DNA of 64,000 nucleotides from Candidatus Doudnabacteria bacterium. GTDB lineage: Bacteria > Patescibacteriota > Doudnabacteria > UBA920 > O2-02-FULL-48-8. Positions 58,922 through 64,000 of the stretch are shown one piece after another. The stretch is from the NCBI GenBank assembly GCA_016182875.1, contig JACPFQ010000004.1, forward strand, positions 259,515 through 323,514, read 5' to 3'. The stretch's first letter is position 1. Every line of letters begins with the position of its first letter. Both the position numbers and the translations under genes were made by a program. Below the pieces are notes generated by a model. That model made no database searches, was not told the DNA's origin, and was given only the letters and a program-made list of their open reading frames with translations.

Positions 58922-60316
58922 ATGAATCACGTATCACGTAACACGTATCAAACAGGTCAAATCATAATCATTGCCGGCGTGTTCATGCTGATTTTGATTA
59001 TCCTCATAACCGGTTTAGTTTCTTATGCCGGCGTGCAAATCAAAGGACATAGGCAAGCGCTTTCGCGCGTGCAGGGTCTAAATATCGCCGAAGCCGCAAT
59101 TGAATTGGCTGTCTGGAAGCTTAATAATCAGCAAGGTTATACCGGCGAGACAGGCACGGCCTATGGGAATGGCACGTTTAACGTCACGATTACAAATTTA
59201 AGCGGCAATCAGAAATTGGTTAAGGTCGATTCATTCGTGCCCAACGCCGCCAACCCTCAGGCAAAACGAACAGTGCAGGTTACGGTAACGCTAGGGGCAA
59301 CCAACATTTCGTTCAACTATGGAGTACAGGTCGACTCGGGTGGAATAGAAATGGAAAACAATTCGCAGGTCACGGGCAACGTTTATTCCAACGGCAATAT
59401 TATCGGCGACAATTCCGGCGTCAGGATCGCCGGCACGGCAATCGCCGCAGGCGCCACTGGCAAAATCGATGAAATCAACGACATTGACGGCGATGCTGCC
59501 GCCCATTTTTTGGAAGATGTCTCGGTTGACGGGAGCACAAATTCAGCAAGCCTGCTTCAAGCCACGGTTGGGGGGAACGCCGTTTCCGACAGCATTTCCG
59601 ACTGCACCATTGGAGGGAATGCCACCTACGATACAAAAACAAGCTGTACCATCGGCGGCACGCAGACGACGCCCAACCCCGCCAATTTCGACGACCCGGA
59701 TGTATTGTCTCTGCCTATTTCTGATGAGCAAATCCAAGATTGGAAGGATGAGGCGGAAGCCGGCGGTGTGGTAACCAGCCAGACCATCGACGGCACGGCT
59801 TCCCTCGGGCCCAAGAAAATTAACGGCAATTTGACAATCACTAACGGGGCGACGCTGACCATGACCGGAACGATTTGGGTTACCGGCAATATCAGCATCG
59901 ATAATAACGCGACAGTCGTGCTTGATCCGAGCTACGGCAGTCTAAGCGGTGTAATTGTCAATGATGGCTGGATACACTTTGACAACAACGGCCTTATCGG
60001 CGGTTCGGGAACGGCCGGGAGCTATCTCATGTTTCTCAATACCTTGGCCTGCACCGGTTCATCGGGCTCAGGGTGTACGCACCACAGCGCGGCCGTGGAC
60101 CTGCATAACAATGTTGGAGCGGCAATTGTTTATGTCAAAAGCGGTCTCGTTCATCTTCACAACGGGGTCAACGTCAAGGAACTGACGGCGTATAAGATTC
60201 ACTTGAGCAATACCGCCAGTGTAACTTATGAGTCTGGTTTGGCCAACGCCCAATTTTCTTCGGGCCCGGGCGGGGGCTGGGAAGTCTTAGATGGAACGTG
60301 GCAGCTACTTCAATAA
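58922..60316 (+). CDS. PilX-like minor pilin / pilus-associated protein with beta-helix-like repeats
   Basis: 464 aa; N-terminal hydrophobic TGQIIIIAGVFMLILIILITGLVSYA; G/N/T-rich repeats; first 12 codons overlap the ACGTAWCA octamer array. Confidence 0.5.
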   Translation: MNHVSRNTYQTGQIIIIAGVFMLILIILITGLVSYAGVQIKGHRQALSRVQGLNIAEAAIELAVWKLNNQQGYTGETGTAYGNGTFNVTITNLSGNQKLVKVDSFVPNAANPQAKRTVQVTVTLGATNISFNYGVQVDSGGIEMENNSQVTGNVYSNGNIIGDNSGVRIAGTAIAAGATGKIDEINDIDGDAAAHFLEDVSVDGSTNSASLLQATVGGNAVSDSISDCTIGGNATYDTKTSCTIGGTQTTPNPANFDDPDVLSLPISDEQIQDWKDEAEAGGVVTSQTIDGTASLGPKKINGNLTITNGATLTMTGTIWVTGNISIDNNATVVLDPSYGSLSGVIVNDGWIHFDNNGLIGGSGTAGSYLMFLNTLACTGSSGSGCTHHSAAVDLHNNVGAAIVYVKSGLVHLHNGVNVKELTAYKIHLSNTASVTYESGLANAQFSSGPGGGWEVLDGTWQLLQ

Positions 60317-60321
60317 TCCAC

Positions 60322-60397
60322 GAAAGCACACGAATATTAAACTAATAGCCACTAACTGTTCGTGTAAATTCGTCTGATATTAGTGTTAATTAGTGGT
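60322..60397. repeat. palindromic element (cacgaatattaaactaatagccactaa...ttcgtgtaaattcgtctgatattagtgttaattagtgg) = empty version of the inverted repeats flanking the GxxExxY gene
   Basis: 60343-60392 is about 90% identical to 23262-23310; left part resembles 22823-22868. Confidence 0.55.
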
Positions 60398-60410
60398 ATA
60401 ATTAAAGCGT

Positions 60411-61070
60411 ATGTTATCGCTATTTGGAAACAAAAAAATCAAAGCATTCGGGCTGGATATTTCTGACGCTTCGATTAAGCTCATGAGCCTAAAGCCCCAT
60501 GAGCAAAGCCTCATTCCTGAGGCTTTTACCAATGTTCCCCTGCCGCCGAAAATCATCAATAATCACCTGATTGCCAGTGAACAGAGGCTGGCCGAGAGCA
60601 TCAACTACGCTTTGAGCAAAGCCGGCAAGCTCGATACCAAATACGTGGTGGCTTCTTTGCCGGAGGCAAGATCATTTGTCCGCTTGTTGAACATGGCCAA
60701 AATGTCTGACTCTGAAATTGAAGGCGCCATTCCCTGGGAGTTGGAGCAGGATATTCCAATGCCGGTCGATCAGGTTTACTTGGATTGGGAAGTGGTTTCG
60801 AAGTCGGATGACAAGCTCGCGGTTTTGGTCGCGGCCACCCAGAAAGATTACGTCGATTCATTGATTGATACTTTGAAGCTCGCCCGCCTCAAACCCGTGG
60901 CGCTTGAATTGGAATCTCAGGCAGTGGCGCGCTGTCTGATAAGAAGGCAAGATGCCGCTGAGACGGTCTTGATCCTCGACATAGCCAGCGTGCAGACGAG
61001 CTTCATTAAAGCATTGCGCGAAACCTCTCAATATCGGCCGCGGAAGCGGAAAAGCTCAAAAAAGACATAG
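60411..61070 (+). CDS. pilM: type IV pilus assembly protein PilM, N-terminal fragment
   Basis: FGLDISDASIKLMSL actin-like ATPase N-terminus; the reading frame breaks after ...ILDIASVQTSFIKA (about 61010). Confidence 0.65.
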   Translation: MLSLFGNKKIKAFGLDISDASIKLMSLKPHEQSLIPEAFTNVPLPPKIINNHLIASEQRLAESINYALSKAGKLDTKYVVASLPEARSFVRLLNMAKMSDSEIEGAIPWELEQDIPMPVDQVYLDWEVVSKSDDKLAVLVAATQKDYVDSLIDTLKLARLKPVALELESQAVARCLIRRQDAAETVLILDIASVQTSFIKALRETSQYRPRKRKSSKKT

Positions 61071-61111
61071 GCCTGATTTCGGAAAACAAGCGCAACGTCA
61101 GAGAGGCGATT

Positions 61112-61429
61112 TTGCCGATTTTAGACAGTATAGTCGACGAAATCAAAAATGTTGTCCGGTTTCACGAAGATCACAATGTCAATCACAAGCCGATCAATAA
61201 GATTATGCTTTGCGGCGGCTCGGCGAGGCTGTTGGGCATCGCTGATTATATTTCCGCCCGCATCAACTTGGGCAGCAGCAAGCCTTTAGGAAAGGTTCAA
61301 TTGGGGGACCCGTGGACTAATTTATCAATAACGAAAATGGATAAATCCGTTCCCTTAACGCCCGAATCCGCTTTAGGCTTTGCCACGGCAATCGGGTTGG
61401 CGCTGCGAGGACTGTCAGATGCCGGTTAA
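61112..61429 (+). CDS. pilM: PilM C-terminal fragment (in a different frame)
   Basis: ENKRNVREAILPILDSIVDEI...IMLCGGSARLLGIADYI matches the PilM C-terminal half; an intermediate piece IARNLSISAAEAEKLKKDIGLIS lies in a third frame (61012-61080). Confidence 0.65.
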   Translation: MPILDSIVDEIKNVVRFHEDHNVNHKPINKIMLCGGSARLLGIADYISARINLGSSKPLGKVQLGDPWTNLSITKMDKSVPLTPESALGFATAIGLALRGLSDAG

Positions 61430-61970
61430 CCTTTTACCAAAATCGGAACAAAAAGAAATCCGCTTTGAGCTGATAAGCCGCCAGCTTGTAAATTTTTGGC
61501 TGTGGCTGGTTTTAAGCCTCGTGGTCCTGCTGATATTAAGCCTGCTGGCAGTTTTTCAGCTTAAACTTATGGCGAGGCAGGTCGATGGGGAAATCGACAA
61601 GAACCGGCAGGCCTTAAGCAGTGCGAGCAATCAGGAGCTGCAAAAACAGGTCTTGCTTTTGAACAATGAAATCGGGAAAATCAATCAACTGCGTGAGAGT
61701 CATTATCAATGGTCAGAGGCGCTAATTGAACTCGGCAGCATTATTCCGGGCGACTTAGTCGTGGACATTCTGACCCTTGACCGAATCAGCGGCAAAGTCG
61801 AGATCACGGGATTTGCCGGCGACCGGGAAAGCATCATCAAGTTTTGGTCAGCCATGCATAAGTCCCAATATTTCAAAAATATCAACTTCCCGCTGTCAAA
61901 TTTGGAGCAGGCGCGCAATGCGCATTATCAATTCACGTTTTACATTAACGAAGACAAAATTACGCCATGA
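61419..61970 (+). CDS. pilN: PilN-like pilus assembly protein
   Basis: Starts MPVNLLPK (PilN INLLP motif); single TM; overlaps the pilM stop (ATGccggTTAA). Confidence 0.6.
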   Translation: MPVNLLPKSEQKEIRFELISRQLVNFWLWLVLSLVVLLILSLLAVFQLKLMARQVDGEIDKNRQALSSASNQELQKQVLLLNNEIGKINQLRESHYQWSEALIELGSIIPGDLVVDILTLDRISGKVEITGFAGDRESIIKFWSAMHKSQYFKNINFPLSNLEQARNAHYQFTFYINEDKITP

Positions 61971-62560
61971 CCGCATCGTCAGTCAAACTTTCATTGATTT
62001 TGGCCTCCGGACTCCTGGGCTGTCTGCTCATCTTTATTTTCCTTTTGAACCCAAGCTTAAACCAGCTTACGGCATTAAGCGGGAATCTTACGCAGAAAAA
62101 ATTGGAATTGGCAACTGTGGAGCATCAGGTTGTCGCGTATCAAAATGCCCAAGCCGATCTTTCGAAAGCGGCGCAAAAAGAGCGAATCTTCAACGCTTTC
62201 CTGGTCCGTGAGGACTTGGTTGCCGCGGTAAAGCATTTAGAAGCAGCAGCCGCAGCTACTAAAACCCAGGAATCATTGAAGATTGATGAACCGGACCAGG
62301 ACCCTAAAAATAAGCCCCAGCCTGTGGTTGACGTTAAGGGTTTGGAAGAAATCCCTTATCGGGTTTTGACCTTAAACGATTATATCGGAACCATCCAGTT
62401 TTTAAGATACCTTGAGCATCTGCCCGAGTTTACCGAGGTTTCCAAAATTACTCTTTCGGCCGAGACTGTGGATTCGGAAGTTTCCAAAACCAAGATCTAT
62501 ACCGGCAAAGTTTTTGGCTCCATAGACGGCGTATTTTTTGTTAAACAGCCAAGTCCATGA
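61967..62560 (+). CDS. pilO: PilO-like pilus assembly protein
   Basis: 197 aa; N-terminal TM followed by coiled-coil; position after pilN. Confidence 0.45.
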   Translation: MTASSVKLSLILASGLLGCLLIFIFLLNPSLNQLTALSGNLTQKKLELATVEHQVVAYQNAQADLSKAAQKERIFNAFLVREDLVAAVKHLEAAAAATKTQESLKIDEPDQDPKNKPQPVVDVKGLEEIPYRVLTLNDYIGTIQFLRYLEHLPEFTEVSKITLSAETVDSEVSKTKIYTGKVFGSIDGVFFVKQPSP

Positions 62561-62817
62561 ATAACATCAGAATCCCCAAAGTTAAAATTAATTTCATCTT
62601 GACTCTGGTCCTCGCCCTGGTTTTGCTTTGGGAGCTGTATTTGGCTTACATTCATATTTTTAAGAATTTCAATCAAGAACTTCCCGAAGTGGCGTCAAGC
62701 AATATTGTCCGCGTCAATTTGGAGAATTACCGCAAGACCATCGACTTGCTGGAAGAGCAGGAAAATTTCGCCCCGGCCCCTGTTAATTTTCTTAGGTCAA
62801 ACCCCTTCCGCCCATGA
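62557..62817 (+). CDS. small membrane protein of the pilus cluster (PilP-position)
   Basis: 86 aa with a single TM; translationally coupled on both sides. Confidence 0.35.
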   Translation: MNNIRIPKVKINFILTLVLALVLLWELYLAYIHIFKNFNQELPEVASSNIVRVNLENYRKTIDLLEEQENFAPAPVNFLRSNPFRP

Positions 62818-64000
62818 ATGATTCCAAAAGGCTCGCTTCCTTGCTGCAGGCTTATCAGAATTGGGCGATTGTCGGCGGTCAGTGGGGGGATGAAGCCAAA
62901 GGCAAAATCACCGACCTTCTGGCTCCTTTTTTTGACTATGTCGACCGCTATTCCGGCGGCTCGAACGCCGGCCACACGACTTATGTTCCGGCCGGCAAAA
63001 TCGTGGGCCACCTTATCCCAAGCGGGTTGGCTCAGGGCAAGACCTGTATAATCTCGCGCGGGGTATTTTTTGATTTATCGGCTTTTCTCACTGAGCTTTC
63101 GGAGGCAGGGAAAGTTTTAGGCAAGCTGCCGCCGATCTTTATTGATGAGGGCTGTACAGTAAGAACCCCCTGGCATAATTATCTGGAGCTTTGGTCTGAG
63201 AGGGCCAGAGGAAGCAAGTGGGCCAACACCACCAATCGGGGGATAGGCCCCATGGCCAGCATCAGAGCCGCACGCCTGGACATCAAGCTGGCCGACTTGT
63301 ATGGCGGCAAGGAAGCGCTTCTGGAAAAACTTGAACTTCTGCGCCGCATCTACTTGCCCATTTTTGAGAACATGAAGACTGCCGGCATCATTTCACGCAT
63401 AGAAACTGCTGAGGAGGTGGGCTTAGGTCTTGCTTCCGAAGCGGCACAGATAAAAGATTACGTCCTGGATACGCGCCGACTGTTGCTTGATGGCATGCGC
63501 AAGGGCCAGCGAATTCTTTTTGAAGGAGCGCAGGCCGCCCTGCTTGACGCCACTTGGGGGACTTGGCCATACACTTCCTCCGGGGATGCCATTGCCGGAG
63601 GAGTATTTACCGAAACCGGCCTGCCGCCTTCTCCGTTAGGGGTCGCGATGGTTGTGAAGATCTTGCCCACGCGCGTGGGCGAAGGGCCCATGCCTTCGGA
63701 AATTTGGAATCGCGCCGAGGCTGAGCAGTATGCCAAAGATCACGAAGAGCTGTTCAAAGCGGGCTGGGAACGTTCGGAGTTTTTATCAGCCCTGCTTTCC
63801 AAAATTAATTCAAAGCAAACCAGCCCGGCGGAAATCTCCCAATACTTTCAAGTCTTAGGCGATGAGCGGGGTTCGACCACGGGGCGCGGCAGAAGTGTGG
63901 GCTTCATCGATGTTCCAATCATTCAGTATGCGGCTGAAATAAACGGCCCGCAATTTCTAGCTCTTACCAAGCTTGATACCCTCTCCGGCCTTCGCTCGAT
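62814..64000 (+). CDS. purA: adenylosuccinate synthetase (N-terminal 395 aa; continues beyond the window)
   Basis: VGGQWGDEAKGKITDLL, GGSNAGHT and GSTTGRGRSVGFID motifs; the frame is open to the window end. Confidence 0.85.
   Translation, partial: MNDSKRLASLLQAYQNWAIVGGQWGDEAKGKITDLLAPFFDYVDRYSGGSNAGHTTYVPAGKIVGHLIPSGLAQGKTCIISRGVFFDLSAFLTELSEAGKVLGKLPPIFIDEGCTVRTPWHNYLELWSERARGSKWANTTNRGIGPMASIRAARLDIKLADLYGGKEALLEKLELLRRIYLPIFENMKTAGIISRIETAEEVGLGLASEAAQIKDYVLDTRRLLLDGMRKGQRILFEGAQAALLDATWGTWPYTSSGDAIAGGVFTETGLPPSPLGVAMVVKILPTRVGEGPMPSEIWNRAEAEQYAKDHEELFKAGWERSEFLSALLSKINSKQTSPAEISQYFQVLGDERGSTTGRGRSVGFIDVPIIQYAAEINGPQFLALTKLDTLSGLRS

Overview
This 64-kb window has about 47% GC, tight gene packing, a split ComEC, giant surface proteins, a type IV pilus cluster and many selfish mini-elements, which suggests a small-genome, possibly CPR/Patescibacteria-like bacterium. 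Housekeeping genes: nrdR-nrdJ (class II B12-dependent RNR), cobO, hisS, comEC (two genes), cyclophilin, ndk, fpg, groES-groEL, rpmF, nusB, HU, tRNA-Pro, tRNA-Gly, a pilBC-pilin-pilMNO cluster, and partial purA. Unusual content: (1) a 5.7-kb array at 23.5-29.2 kb of GC-rich (58-62%) mini-ORFs, mostly small membrane or secreted peptides, each preceded by a conserved structured inverted-repeat module, with a near-perfect minimal hammerhead ribozyme motif inside the array; (2) a family of DUF559 (Vsr-like endonuclease) mini-cassettes bounded by G-rich/C-rich inverted termini and poly-C/poly-G hairpins, plus ORF-less solo derivatives; (3) GxxExxY and four-helix-bundle genes nested in inverted-repeat elements, the GxxExxY gene carrying an in-frame TGA; (4) a B12 scavenging and utilisation neighbourhood (nrdJ, cobO, DUF4430, small multi-TM protein); (5) an 88-bp palindrome present in both the nrdR-nrdJ and groES-groEL spacers; (6) a 141-bp MITE in two copies; (7) giant S-layer-like proteins sharing a roughly 45-aa repeat module; (8) pilM disrupted by frameshifts. 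All calls are from reading the sequence by eye; no database searches were run.
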